Below are positions 1-12,421 of a DNA stretch of 64,000 nt, piece after piece. The notes beneath the pieces were generated by a model. The model was not told the origin of the DNA. It did not search any database and saw nothing but the letters and a program-made list of their open reading frames with translations. How positions within the stretch are numbered: position 1 is the first letter of the stretch; every line of letters starts with the position of its first letter. The DNA lies in contig OZ360231.1 of assembly GCA_977017645.1 (NCBI GenBank), positions 86,304,001-86,368,000 on the forward strand. Direction: 5' to 3'. The position numbers and the translations under genes were made by a program. Origin of the DNA: Torpedo marmorata (Eukaryota).

Positions 1-130
1 TGCTCAAGTGTCTTGGGCAGTTGTGGAACTCATAGTTTTCTCACTCAGAATACTATCATTGAACTAGGGATCGTTTAAAGCTATGTGACAAAAATAGTGA
101 TCAAAGTATGCTGACAAACTCGATGAAGCG

Positions 131-280
131 AATCACAAAAGTCTGCAGATGCTGTGATTGTAGTAAAATTACAGAAATGCTGGAGGAACTCAGCAGGTCT
201 CGTAGCGTCCATAGGAGGTAAAGATATATAACCAACGTTTCGGGTCTGAGCCCTTCTTCAAAGTAAGAGCAGAAAACAAG
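131..280 (-). mobile_element. Penelope-like element pLTR / 3' end with minimal hammerhead-like motif
   Basis: Reverse complement of the pLTR at 1211-1348. The minus strand reads TTGAAGA-AGGGCTCAGACCC-GAAACGTT. It probably continues at ~1350 after an intervening plus-strand copy. Confidence 0.75.
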
Positions 281-1348
281 ACTCAGCCCTCACCTGCATA
301 TCCTCCATTACCTGCACATTTGCCCTGGCCCTCTCCGCCCCACACACAACAAGGACAGAATACCCCTTGTCCTCACCTACCAGTACCATCCCACCAGTCT
401 CTGCATCCAACGTATCATCCTGCGCCATTTCCGCCATCTACTATGTGATCCCACCACCAGATACATCTTCCCTTCTCTCTCCATCTTCCGCAGGCACCGC
501 TCCCTATGTGACTCCCTCATCCACTCCTCCTTTCCCACAAATTACACCCTTGGCCCCTATCCCTGTGACCGCGGGAGGTGCTCCACTTGCACCCACATCT
601 CCTCCCTCACCACCATTCGGGGCCATAAACAGTCCTTCCAAGTGAAACAACACTTCACTTATGAATCTGCAGGGGTCATCTACTGCATCCGGTGCTCCCG
701 TTATGGTCTCCTCTACATCGGAGAAGCTGTATGCAGACTGGGAGATTGCTTCGTTGAGCACCTCGGCTCTGTCCGCCACAATTGCGTGGATCTCCCTGTG
801 GTAACCCACTTCAATTCCCCGCCCCATTCCATTGCCGACATGTCTGTCCATGGTCTCATGAACTGCCAGACTAAGACCACTCGCAAATTGGAAGAACAAC
901 ACCTCATATTCCACCTGGGCACCCTCCAACTGGATGGCATTAACTTAGACTTCTACGGTTTCCTTTAGCACCCCTCCCCCCATCTTTTCCTTGTCTCCTT
1001 TCCTCTCTCTCTCTCTCTCTTCCCTTTTCCCTCTGTCCCCTTTCACAGAGCCAAAACATAACCCCCTATCACAATTCTCATCTTTCCTCTCTCCTCTCCT
1101 CTTCTCATATCCAATTAACTCGTTTTGTCCGTTGATCTGTACTCCTCCCCCTCCCATTCATCACTTTTCACCAGCTTTTTAATACAGGCCCCTTGCCTGC
1201 TTTTTGCTCCAAACTTGAAGAAGGGCTCAGACCCGAAACCGGTTATATGTCTTTACCTCCTACGGACCCTGCGAGACCTGCTGAGCTCCTCCAGCATTTC
1301 TGTGTTTTTACTGCAATCACACCGTCTGCAAACTTTCGTGTTTAACTC
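281..1348 (+). mobile_element. 5'-truncated Penelope-like retroelement (RT C-terminus, GIY-YIG endonuclease, 3' pLTR)
   Basis: GIY-YIG ORF at 642-968, followed by a CT-rich 3' region and a pLTR at 1211-1348. Confidence 0.85.
642..968 (+). pseudogene. GIY-YIG endonuclease domain of a Penelope-like element (fragment)
   Basis: GVIYCIRC..LLYIGE..RL...EH...HF...RKLEE..LI..LGTL..DGIN matches the PLE GIY-YIG motif order. The upstream part is frameshifted. Confidence 0.85.
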
Positions 1349-2440
1349 CAGGAGCCCGAATAAAAAGGCTAGGGGAGGAGAAGCACTGGCAGAAGATGAT
1401 AATTGGACATGCATAGGAGGACAGAAGAGGAAAGGTGAGAATTGAGCGGGAGAGGGGTGTGGCTCTGTGAATACAGAGTTGGAGGAAAGAAAACAAAGGG
1501 AAAAAGAGAGAGAGAGAGAGAGCACAAGAAGAAAAGAGATATAAGGATAGGGAAAGAGAGAGACGGGGGGAGGAGGCTAACGGAAACCGGAGAAGTTAAT
1601 GTTAATGCCATCTGTTTGGAGGGTGACCAGGCAGAATATGAGGAGCTGTTCCTTCAATTTGCGAGTGGTCTCAGTCTGGCAGTGCATGGACAGAGATGTA
1701 GGCATGGGAATGGGGCAGAGAATTGAAATGGGTGGCAACTGGGAGATTCCCGCTATTGTGGCGGATAGAGCAAAGGTGTTCAGTGAAGCGATCTCCCAGT
1801 CTGTGTCCAGTCTCTCTGACGTGGAGGAGACCACAACGGGAGCACCGGATGCAGTAGATGACCCCTGCAGATTCACAAGTAAAGTGCTGCTTCACTTGGA
1901 AGGACTGTTCGTGGCCCCGAATGGTGGTGAGGGAGGATATGTTGGCATGTGTAGCATTTCCTATGGTCACAGGGGTAGCTGCCAAGGGGGTGATTTGTGG
2001 GAAGGGAGGAGTGGATGAGGGAGTCATAGAGGGAGCGTAACCTGTGGAAGGCAGAGAGGGGAAGAGAGGAGAAGGTGTGTCTGGTGGTGGGATCACGTAG
2101 TAGGTGGCGAAAATGGTGGACGATGATCTGTTGGATGTGGAGGCTGGTGGCATGGTAGGTGAGGACTAGGGGAATCCTGTCCTTGTTGTGCATGAGGGCA
2201 GAGGGGGCCAGGACAGATGTGTGGGTAATGGACAATATCTGGGTGAGGGCTAAGTTGCTGGTAGCAGAGGGAAAGTCATGATTTTGAAGAAGGAAGACAT
2301 CTCAGATAATCTCGCATGGAAGACCTTGTCCTGGGGACAGATGGGACAGAGACGGAGGAATTACGAGAAAGGAATGGAATCCTTTGAGGGGACAGGGTGT
2401 GAAGAGGTGTAGTCGAGGTAGCTGTGGGAGTTGGTGGTTG
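1349..2440 (-). mobile_element. Second Penelope-like element copy, degraded, opposite orientation
   Basis: Minus ORFs 1873-2235 (KDRIPLVLTYH), 1671-2153 (GVIYCIRCSRCGLLHVRE) and 1577-1876 (LVTLQTDGININF) are homologous to the plus copy. Confidence 0.85.
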
Positions 2441-2442
2441 GT

Positions 2443-5240
2443 AGATTCTGTAACTGGCCCGACCAGTCCACCATCCCCTTCAAAGTCATATGTGACTACC
2501 TGAAGGTGTTGGGGATCTGGTTTGGAGGGACCGAGGCATGCAACAAAATTGGTTGGAGCTGATCATAAAGGTTCACCAGAAATTGGGTCTGCGGGCATGT
2601 TGCTCTCTCTCAATAACATGGACGAACCTGGTCATCAGCTACAAGGTGCTCTCTATACTGCTGCATGTGGCACAGGTGTGGCCCATTCCCCACACCTCTG
2701 CTCTGGTGGTCACCAGAGCAATCTTTCGGTCCATGTCAGGTTCCAAGGTGTGAAGGGTCAGCATGTACAAGTTGCTAGACAATGGGGAAAAGGGCTTACC
2801 AAACATGGCCCTCATCCTGATGACCACCTTCGTGTGTGGCTGCATCAGGCTGTGACTGAAACCAAAGTACAAGGTCACCAAGTGCCGCTATGTGCTGAGG
2901 TTCTCTGTTTCCCAGGTGTTGCGAAGGATGGGCCTGGCCCCATTGCCACGCAATGTCCCAGTCAGCTGGACTTTGCCACGCCACCTATCCTTCGTGGAAA
3001 AGTTTTTTCCAGATAAATACCTTTGACGACAAGGCCATCAGGCAGTGGTCAGCACGAAACATCCGGCAGGACAATCGACCAGTAGCACTTACATCAACAG
3101 TGATGAAGTGTTTTGAAAGGCTGGTGATGAAGCATATCAGCTCCTGTCTGAGCGGCGACATGGATACATTCCCGTTCGCCTATCGTAGCAACAGCTCTAT
3201 GGCGGATGCCATCTCATTGGCCCTACACAAAGCCCTGGAACACCTGGACAGCAAAGATGCATACATCAGGATGCTCTTTATCGACTACAGATCGGCATAT
3301 AACACCATCATCCCCTCAAAACCGATCAGCAAACTCCAAGACCTGGGAATTAACACCCCACTGTGTAATTGGATCATGGATTTCCTCACCTCCAAACCAC
3401 AATCAGTAAAGATTGGTAAGAACTTCTCCTCCACAATCTCCATCAGTAAAAGAGCACCACAGGGCTGTGTTCTTAGCCCCCTTCTCTACTCACTTTACAC
3501 CTACGACTGTGTGGCTCGGTACGACAATAACACCATCTACAAATTTGCTGACGATACCACGGTAGTGGGTTGTATAAAGGAAGGTGATGAGTCAGCATAC
3601 AGGAGGGGGATTGAAAACTTGGCTGAATGGTGCACAAAAAACAACCTTGCACTCAATGTCACCAAAACTAAGGAGCTGATTGTTGACTTCAGGAAAGGAA
3701 AGCCAGAGGTATACAATCCAGTGATCATTGGGAGATCAGAGGTGGAGAGGGTGAGCAAATTTAAGTTCTTGGGAGTCACTATCTCAGAGGATCTTTCCTG
3801 GACCCAACACACCAATGACATCATGAAGAAAGCACGTCAGCACCTCTACTTCCTCAGGAGTTTGCGGAGGTATGGTATGACACCAAAAACCCTGGCAAAT
3901 TTCTACAGAGGTGTGGTGGAAAGTGTGCTGACCGGCTGCATCACGGTCTGGTATGGGAACACCAAATCCCCTGAGCGTAAAGCCCTCCAAAATATAGTGG
4001 ACACAGCCCAGGACATCACGGGCAAAACCCTCCCCACTATTGAGTACATCTATAGGGAACGCTGCCGTCGGAGAGCAGCAGCAATCATCAAAGACCCTCA
4101 CCACCCAGCACACGCTCTGTTCTTGCTGCTGCCATCAGGAAAGAGGTATAGCTGCCACAAAGCTCGCCCCACCAGGTTCAGGAACAGCTGCTACCCTTCC
4201 ACCATCAGACTCCTCAATGACAAACTCAATCAGAGACTCATTTAAGGACTCTGACTTGTGTACTTTATTGATTTTCTTTTTTATTCTCTCTGTATTGCAC
4301 AGTCAGTTTGTTTACATTCGTTATCTGTTTACAGTTCTTTGTTTGTTTACATGTTTATGCTGTGTACAGTTTTTTTTTGCACTACCAATTAGTGGTAATT
4401 CTGCCGCGCCCGCAGGAAAAAGAATCATAGAGTTGTATGTGATGCCATGTATGTACTCTGACAATAAATCTGAAATCTGTATCTGACTCGATGGACACAT
4501 TGGGGTCCTTCCCAGAGCAGACAATCCAGGTCATCTGGCAGAATGCCTCATCGCCAGTGCACACAGACAAGCACCAGGACTTTTGCTTGGCTGGCGGTGA
4601 GAGGAGCCCTTCCTGTACAACTGGAACATCATGCACAACGCACGTTGTCCTCGAGATGACTGCGGTGGAGTGTGGACAGTTGCCCGCATCTTTGCAGAAT
4701 GCAGATTTGCTCAGAATGTGTGGAGAAGAATGCAAGATTCCTTGTCACGGTTCATCCCCAGCAGCAGCGTGACAGAGGAATCTCTGATTTACGAGCTGTT
4801 CCCGGGGATGCACGCAGAGACAGACATCCAGAACTGTTGGAAGATCATCATCTTGGTGAAAGACACACTTTGGTCTGCCCGAAACCTATTGGTCTTTCAG
4901 CACACAGAGATGTCGGTGCAGTAATGCTGCTGACTGACACATTCTAGGCTGTAGGGGTTCATGCTGAGGGATGCACTGAGGCTTGGCACAGCCAACTCGA
5001 GGGCTCTGTAAGGAAGGAGCACAGTCTAGAGTCCTTCCGTTACCAGGCATTAAGGGGCTAAGTCCGAGGGGAAGCCCCTCAAATAACAGAAGGGAGTAAC
5101 GACAAGGTGCCACAGTGGTGGCAATAGTGTAAATATAAATTCACAATGTGCAGTGATGGAAATGTATGGACACGTCACTAAGAGTGGGAAGAGACTTTGA
5201 ACGGTTTTCCTTCTGAAATTTTTTTTTGTGAATAAACACC
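2443..5240 (+). mobile_element. Degraded Tx1-type (L1 clade) LINE 3' part, split by a Rex1 insertion at ~3071-4487
   Basis: ORF2 fragments LKVLGIWFGG, LLHVAQVWP, GKGLPN and IWQNASSP; a Cys motif CPRDDCGG..TVARIFAEC..AQNVW; LWSARNLLVF; AATAAA and an A-rich tail near 5230-5258. Confidence 0.7.
3071..4487 (+). mobile_element. Rex1/Babar-type LINE family A, 5'-truncated, with intact RT reading frame
   Basis: [39 protein letters not shown] and [13 protein letters not shown] motifs. The 3' end is AATAAA plus TCTGA-like short repeats. Confidence 0.85.
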
Positions 5241-5267
5241 ATTTTTGGTTATAAAAAAATTTGGTGA

Positions 5268-5335
5268 TATACCTTTACCTTCTATGGACGCTGTGAGACC
5301 TGCTAAGTTCCTCCAGCATTTTTGTGTTTTTACTG
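5268..5335 (+). repeat. PLE pLTR fragment
   Basis: gacctgctaagttcctccagcatttttgtgtttttact matches the pLTR at 1275-1312. Confidence 0.6.
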
Positions 5336-5704
5336 TCAAACTCTGTAATGTTTTTACACTTGTAAAGTTGGCTGCGAGAGGAACGGGTAAATTGAACCTA
5401 ACGTAACATCAATATTCAGGACTCCATTTTCCTTGGGCCTCACCTGCTGGCAGACACATTCCAACAAACTGACCTACTCACCCTGCAAGGCATCTATCAA
5501 GCAGGAAGGTTGGAACAACATACTGCCCTCAATCCCATCCTCACCCCAACCATACTGATAGCTTTTGACAAGAGCTGATAGGTGGAAGGATCATTCAGTA
5601 TGCTCCACATTTAGAGCAGAGCTGCATTATTCAGGAATTTGCTATCATGAAAACAGCTGAATGGTAGGGGTCACCTTCTGGACAACAGGCCACTCAGCAT
5701 AGTT

Positions 5705-6470
5705 AAAACCATAGAACACTGCAGCACAGAAATAGGCCATTCGGCCTAACTAATCTGTGCCCACTGACCTGCATCCGGACCATATTTCTCCAAACCCCTC
5801 CCATCCATGTACCTGTCCAAATTTTTCACAAATGTCAAAATTGACCCTGCATTCACTACTTCAGCTGACAGTTCGTTTCATGCTCTCACCACTCTCTGCA
5901 TCAAGAAGTTCCCATAAATGTTCCCTTTAAACATTTCACCTTAACCCACGTCTTCTAATTCTTGTCTCACCTAACCGCGGTGGAAAAAGCCTGTTTGCAT
6001 TTACTCTATCTATACCCATCATAATTTTGTACACCTCTATCAAATCTCCGCTTATTCTCCTATGCTCCAGGTAATAAAGTCCTACCCTGTTAAACCTTTT
6101 CCAGTAACTCCGTTGATATTTAAAACTGCACACAATACTCCAAATTTGGCCTCACCAATGCCTTCTACAACTTTACCATAACATCCCAACTCCTATACTC
6201 AATACTTCGATTTATGAAGACCAACGTGCCAAAAGCTATCTTTACGACCCTATCTACCTGTGACGCCACTTTAACAGAATATGTATCTGTATTCCCAGAT
6301 CCCTCAATTCAACTGCACCCATCAGTGCCCTACCATTTACCCTGTATGTCCTCCCTTAGTTAGTCCTCCCAGAGTGCAAAACCTCACTCTTGTCCGCATT
6401 AAATTCCATCTGCCATTTTTCAGCCCATTTTTCCAGCTGGCCCAGATCCCGTTGCAAGTTTTGAAAGCAT
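5705..6470 (-). mobile_element. CR1 (HER1-like) LINE 3' fragment
   Basis: LEHRRISGDLIEVYKIMMGIDRV motif and a CR1-type 3' end (catagaa...aggccattcggcc on the plus strand). Confidence 0.8.
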
Positions 6471-6792
6471 TCAGTCCATTGATCATTTTTAAATATCTGG
6501 ATAGGAAACTATGATAAATGTAATTATATACATAAGAATGGATTTTCACAGGTGTTAACTTTCCCTGGATGCTCATGAACAACTGCATGTACAGATTTTT
6601 ATTCCTTGCTGTGCACAAATTATGGACTAATAAACCAAAGGCTTTAACTAAAGGTGTGGAAACGCAAGTTCAAATCAAACAACAGCAGCTGAGGAAGTTA
6701 AAATCAGTTAACAAATAGGAATAAAATGACAGTTTCAGTAATGGTGATAGAGAGACTGCAAATAAAAATCTAAGAGATTCACTAATCCCCAT

Positions 6793-8590
6793 TATCAAAT
6801 CAAAATCAAAGTCAAAGTTTAGATTTAATGTCAGATTACATAGATGACATCACATACAACCCTGAGATTCCTTTTCTGCGGGCCTAACCCTAACCTTAAC
6901 CCAGGCAGAATTCTATTTATTGACATTGTAAAAAATGTACTCAAGGAAAGATATGTATGCAAAAGAGAGAAATGTAAACAAAGAAAGAAATGTAAACAAA
7001 CTGACTATGCAATACAGGAAAAATAAATATTTAGGAATAAATAATGTGCAAAGTAAGAGTCCTTAAATGAGTCCTTGATTGAGCTTGTTGTTTTGGAGTC
7101 TGATGGTGGAGGGGCAGCAACTGTTCCTGAACCTGGTGGTATGAGTCTTGTGGCACCTATATCTCTTTCCTGATGACAGCAGTGAAAACAGAGCATGTCC
7201 CGGATGGTGTGGATCCTGGATGATTGCTGCTGCTCTCCAACGGCAGTGTTCCATATAGATTTTCTCGATGGTGGGGAGAGTTTTGCCTGTGATGTACTGG
7301 GCTGTGTCCACTACCTTTTACAGGGCTTTCTGCTCAGGGGTATTGGTGTCCTCATTTCAGGCTGTGATGCAGCCAGTCAGCACACTTTCCACTAAACATC
7401 TGTTGAAGTTTGCTAAAGTTTCCGATGTCATACTAAACCTCCGCAAACTCCTGAGGAAGTAGAAGCGCTGACGTGCTTTCTTCATGTTGACATTAGTGTG
7501 TTGGGTCCAGGAAAGATCCTCTGAGCTAGTGACTCCCAGGAATTAAAATTTGTTCACCGTCTTCGCATCTGATTCCCCATTGATTGCTGGATCGTACACT
7601 TCTGGTTTTCCCTTGCTAAAGTCCACATTCAGCTACTTGGTTTTGGTGACATTGAGTGTGAATTGTTATTGTTAGTACACCATTCAGCCAAGTTTTTAAT
7701 CTCCCTCCTGTATGCTAACTCATCGCCCCTTTTTATACAGCCCAGTACTGTGGTATCATCAGCAAATTTGTAGATGGTGCTGTTGTTGTATCGAGACACA
7801 CAGTCAAAGGTGTAAAGCAAGTAGAGCAGGGGGCTAAGTACACATCCCTGTGGTGCTCCAGTACTGATGGAGATTGTGGAAGAGATGTTCTTACCAATCC
7901 TCACTGATTGGGGTCTGGAGGTGAAGAAATCCAGGATCCAATTACACAATGGGGTATTGGGCCCCTGGTCTTGGAGTTTGCTGATCAGTTTTGAGGAGTT
8001 GATAGTGTTGAATGCCGAACTGAAATCGATAAAGAGCATCCTGATGTTTGGCTATTTTCTGTCCAGGTGTTCCAGGGCTTTGTGTAGAGCCAGTAAGATG
8101 GCATCTGCCATAGACCTGTTGTTTGCGGTAGGCAAATTGGAATGGATCCATGTCGCTGCTCAGACAGGAGCTGATATACTTCAATACCAGCTTCTCAAAA
8201 CACTTCATCACTGTGGATAAGATGTTGAAGATATCTGGTAATACATTGGCAAGTTGGTCAGCACAAGTTTTTAATACTTGTCCAGGTATCCTGTCCAGAC
8301 TGGATGCTTTTCTTGGATTCATTCTCCTGAAGGCAGCCCGTACGTACATTATCTTCAGATACTGACAGTAGAGGATCATCAGGGGACATGGGGGTGTGCA
8401 ATAGTTCTTCCTTGTTCTGGTGGTCAAATCAGGAGTAGAAGGCATTGAGTTCATCTGGGAGTGAGGTTTTGCTGTCTCCTACTGCAACAGACTTGTTTTT
8501 TTAGCAGGTTATGTCATTTAGGCCCTGTCACAGCTGTCAGGTGTCCTTCATTGTTTCCATTCTCCTCCACTTCGCCTGGGAGATGACTTT
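6793..8590 (-). mobile_element. Rex1/Babar LINE family A, degraded
   Basis: Minus ORFs [30 protein letters not shown] and DPHHPGHALFSLLSSGKRYR; 3' UTR homologous to 4246-4487. Confidence 0.85.
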
Positions 8591-8756
8591 TCATAGGACA
8601 TATGTACTTTTTGTGTCGTGTTCTGGATCATTAAGGAAGGAACTCTGCATTTGTCATCCAACCAAGCCCAAAGATGGCTTCTTATCTCTGCAGTAGCTCA
8701 GAAAGTTATTCATTTCAGGCAGGTCCTGCAATGGACAACTGCATATGTTAATCTTT

Positions 8757-9535
8757 GGGTGACACGGTTAGCATAGTGATTAGTGCTGATGAAGGTCTCA
8801 AGCCCGAAATGTTGGTTATGTATCTTTATCTTTGGTATATAAAGTACATTGTTTGACCTGCTAAGTTTCTCCAGCATTGTGTTTTTACCTCAATCACGGT
8901 GTCTGCAGACTTTCGTGTTTTACTCCTGTCTACTGCAAAACTCTGAGAATTCTATTTGAGGGATGCCTACCCTGAAGAAGTTCTCCTTTGCACTCCAAAG
9001 GGAGTTCTGTGGAATTCTCTGTCACTGCTACTCATCTGTAATCCCTCTGCTCTCAAGCTTTGTGACCATGTACTCACCCAGACTCACTTCCACAGCCACA
9101 CTTTTTTAAAATACCTTGATGAGGGTCTCAAGCCCGAAACGTTGGTTATGTATCTTTATCTTTGCAATATAAAGGACACTGTTTGATCTGCTGAGTTTCT
9201 CCAGCATTGTGTTTTTACTTCAAGGACGGTGTCTGCAGACTTTCGTGTTTTACTGCTATTACAGCGCCAGTGACTATAGTTCGAATCTTGTTTAATTAAA
9301 CCCACGCAGGTCACAAGGAGAACATACAAATCCCTTACTGGTGCTCTCTGTCAGGGATTTGTGTGTTCTCCCTGTGACCTGTGTGGGTTTCCTCTGGGTA
9401 TTCTGATTTCCTCCCAACCTCCAAAAACATACAGGGTTTGCAGGTTAATTGATGAATTTGGGCGACACAGGCTCGTGGGCCAGAAAGACCTGCTACCATG
9501 CTTTATCACTAAATTAAATTAAAATTAAAAATTGA
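8757..9535 (+). mobile_element. tRNA-derived V-SINE (HE1-like), interrupted by a mini-PLE at 8787-9254
   Basis: Head gggtgacacggttagcatagtg..., B-box gttcgaatc, V-domain and CR1-like tail; homologous to 9583-9840. Confidence 0.75.
8787..9254 (+). mobile_element. Non-autonomous mini-PLE: two direct pLTRs with hammerhead-like motifs and a ~190 bp spacer
   Basis: Direct repeats at ~8787-8924 and ~9115-9254, each TGATGA-stem-GAAA(C/T)GTTGG. Confidence 0.8.
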
Positions 9536-9582
9536 ATTATCAGCATAATATAAACTTAAACTATTTTATTTCCCAAGATGAT

Positions 9583-9840
9583 TGGGTGGCACGGTTAGCG
9601 TAGCGGTTAGCGCAACACTATTACAGCGCCAGTGACCCGGGTTCGAATCTGCTGCTGCCTGTAAGGAGTTTGTACGTTCTCCCCGTGATTGTGTGGGTTT
9701 CCTCCGGGTGCTCCAGTTTCTTCCCACCCTTCAAAAATGTATGGGGGTTGTAGGTTAGTGGGTGTATTTGGGCAGCACATGCTCGTGGGACGGAAGGGCC
9801 TGTTACCTTGCTGTATGTCTAGAAATTAAATGTAATAAAT
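9583..9840 (+). mobile_element. V-SINE (HE1-like)
   Basis: A/B boxes (tagcgtagcgg; ggttcgaatc), V-domain ggagtttgtacgttctccccgtg..tgggtttcctccgggtgctcc, and tail gaagggcctgttacc..gctgtat. Confidence 0.85.
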
Positions 9841-10000
9841 TATTTCTTTCTCCCATGGCTTTCCCTCATGTTTGAGCAGAGAGCTGGACACAATTGTGAG
9901 GTGTTTGTTAATAAAGCACACTAACCTAATGTAATTTATTTTGTCATTTACTACACTACACATGATGTTGTAAAGGAAATTCTCTAGGCATAGAATTCTT

Positions 10001-12306
10001 TTTTTTAATTAAAAAAAAAATATATTTTATTTAAAATTTTAAATCACAAAATACATAAGGTAAAATATAAATTATCAAAATACATGTGATACATTTTCAC
10101 CCCCCTCCCTCCCCTCCCTAACCCTCCCACCCCTTCTAATCTACTAAAATAAAAAAGAAAGAAAGAAAGAAAAAGATAGAATAAGGAGAATGTCAATCTA
10201 AAAAATACATCTATAACTAATTTTATTATGGAATATAGGTTCGCCAGTCAGATCCGATGTCCAGAGATCTTCAAATCCTTAAACCAACAACCTTCATATA
10301 TGGGCTCCATATTTTCAAAAAGAAATAATATTTATTACGTAGATTATAAGTAATTTTTTCAAGTGGTATACATGAACGAAGTTCTGCATGCCATCTTTCT
10401 AACCCTAAATCTATGTCAGATTTCCAAGTAATAGCAATACATTTCTTAGAAACAGCTAAAGCGATTCACAAAAATTCTATTTGATACATATTTAATTTCA
10501 TCTTAATACTAACTCTTTTAATATCTCCAAACAAAAATATCATAGAGTCCATTGGGAATGTAATTTTTAATACTTTATCTAAAAACTTTTTAACTTTCAA
10601 CCAAAAATCATAAACCTTTGGACAAAACCATGTAGAATGTACAAAATTGATGAAGGGCTCAAGCCTGAAACGTCGGTTATGTATTTCTACCTTTGCTACA
10701 TAAAAGACACTGTTTGACCTGCTGAGTTCTCCAGCTTTTGTGTTTTTTACTTCAACCACGGTGTCTACAGATTTTCGTGTTTACTTCCTCTCTATTACAT
10801 CTAAAACATAAGCCTGATAATTTCGCGTTAAATTTCTTTAATTTTTAGGCATTAAATATAATTGATGAAAAAAATTATATTGAACTAATCTATATCTAAC
10901 ATTAATAATCTTCGTCATACTTAGTTTACATAATTCTTTCCAATGATCTTCATCTATTTACATTCAAATCTGATTCCCATTTTAATCTTGATTTATGAAT
11001 TCCTACTTTAGGTATTTTTCTCTGAAACAGTCTATACATTTGAGAAATAAATTTATTTACACCTCCGTTAGTAACTAATAATTCTAATTCATTCTGTCTT
11101 GGTAAAGTCAAACTATAGCCTAATTTCCCAACTAAAAATGCTCTAATTTGATAATAAGCAAAAAGTGTATTATTCAATACATTAAACTTATCTTTCATTC
11201 TTTGAAAAGTAATAAATTTACCAGCTTCAAAACAATCATTTATTTTCTTAATTCCCTTTTGAAACCAAATTTTAAATAATTGATTATCAACAGTAAATGG
11301 AATAAGTTTATTTTGATATAAAGGCATTTTTGGAGAAATCAACCCTTTCCCTCCTATCTCCCTATCCACTCTATTCCATATTTCTAACAAATGTTTAAAA
11401 ATAGGAGAGTTCTTCCTTCTTATTAATAATAATTTAGAGTTCCATTTATAAATAACTTCTTCTTTCAAATCTTCTCCTATATTATTTAGTTCTATTCTAA
11501 TCCAAGCAGAAGACTTAGTTAAATCAAACAATTCATTAACAAATTTTAATTGAGCTGCTTTATAATAATTTTGAAAATTAGGAAGTTGTAAACCACCCAT
11601 TTCATATTTCCAAGTTAATTTCTCCATAGCTACTCTAGCCAACTTTCCTTTCCACAAAAACTTCCTAATAATTAAATTTAAATCTTTTTTAAAAATTTGA
11701 GGAATTTCATAAGGAATTGATTGAAAAATATATTGAATTCTTGGAAAAACATTCATTTTAATACAATTTACCCTTCCCATTAAAGTTATAGGTAAATTCT
11801 TCCAACTCTCTAAATCTTTATTAATTTTCATAAATAATGGTAAATAATTTAATTTATATAAATTAGTTAATTTTGTATCAATCTTTATTCCCAAATATTT
11901 AATTCCTTCCTTTGACCATTTAAATTGTGTAATTTCTTTACATTTACTATAATCCCCTTGTGTTAATGCCATAATTTCACTTTTATCAGAATTAATCTTA
12001 TAACCAGATATTTCCCCATATTCTCTTAATAAAACAGTCAATTGTATTAAAGAAGTAATAGGTTTTGTCATATAAATCAATACATCATCTGCAAATAAAC
12101 TAATTTTATGCTCTTCTCTTCCAACCTTAATACCTGTAATCTTAATATCTTGTCTAATTAATTCTGCCAAAGGTTCTATTGCTAAAATAAACAATGCTGG
12201 TGACAAAGGACATCCTTGTCTAGTTGACCTAGCCAAAGGAAATTTTGAAGAAATGTGTCCATTTGTGACCACTTTAGCAGATGGTTCTTTATACATAGTT
12301 TTAAAA
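10001..12306 (-). mobile_element. L1 LINE family A (AT-rich), 5'-truncated
   Basis: RQGCPLSP and LFADD motifs; A-rich tail; TSD gcatagaattctt at 9988-10000 and 12307-12319. Confidence 0.9.
10647..10785 (+). mobile_element. Solo PLE pLTR inserted into L1
   Basis: TTGATGAAGGGCTCAAGCCTGAAACGTCGG interrupts the L1 sequence tgtacaaaa|..|tcctc, as judged from the other L1 copies. Confidence 0.85.
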
Positions 12307-12421
12307 GCATAGAATTCTTGATAGAAAATCAAGGATTTCTGGGTTACTCTCAAGGCTTAAACCTCTGAGCTGACTTTTTTTTGTCGGTGACTCTCAGTTT
12401 CTGTGTACTCAAAAATAACAT

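Noticed and set aside
367-2040. Pro/Ser-rich and Gly-rich ORFs in the first 2 kb
   Set aside because: They are alternative or antisense frames of the PLE copies and of CT/GA low-complexity tracts.
2953-4245. 430-aa ORF as a novel chimeric gene
   Set aside because: A chance in-frame junction of a Tx1 remnant (first ~39 aa) and the inserted Rex1 RT; there is no evidence of function.
8970-9020. Third hammerhead at ctgaaga in the mini-PLE spacer
   Set aside because: No GAAA follows the stem; the sequence reads better as codons LKK of the PLE ORF start.
9583-9660. tRNA genes at the SINE heads (also 39956 and 47070) and at 61115
   Set aside because: These are tRNA-derived SINE heads followed by a V-domain, and a PBS; none forms a complete cloverleaf.
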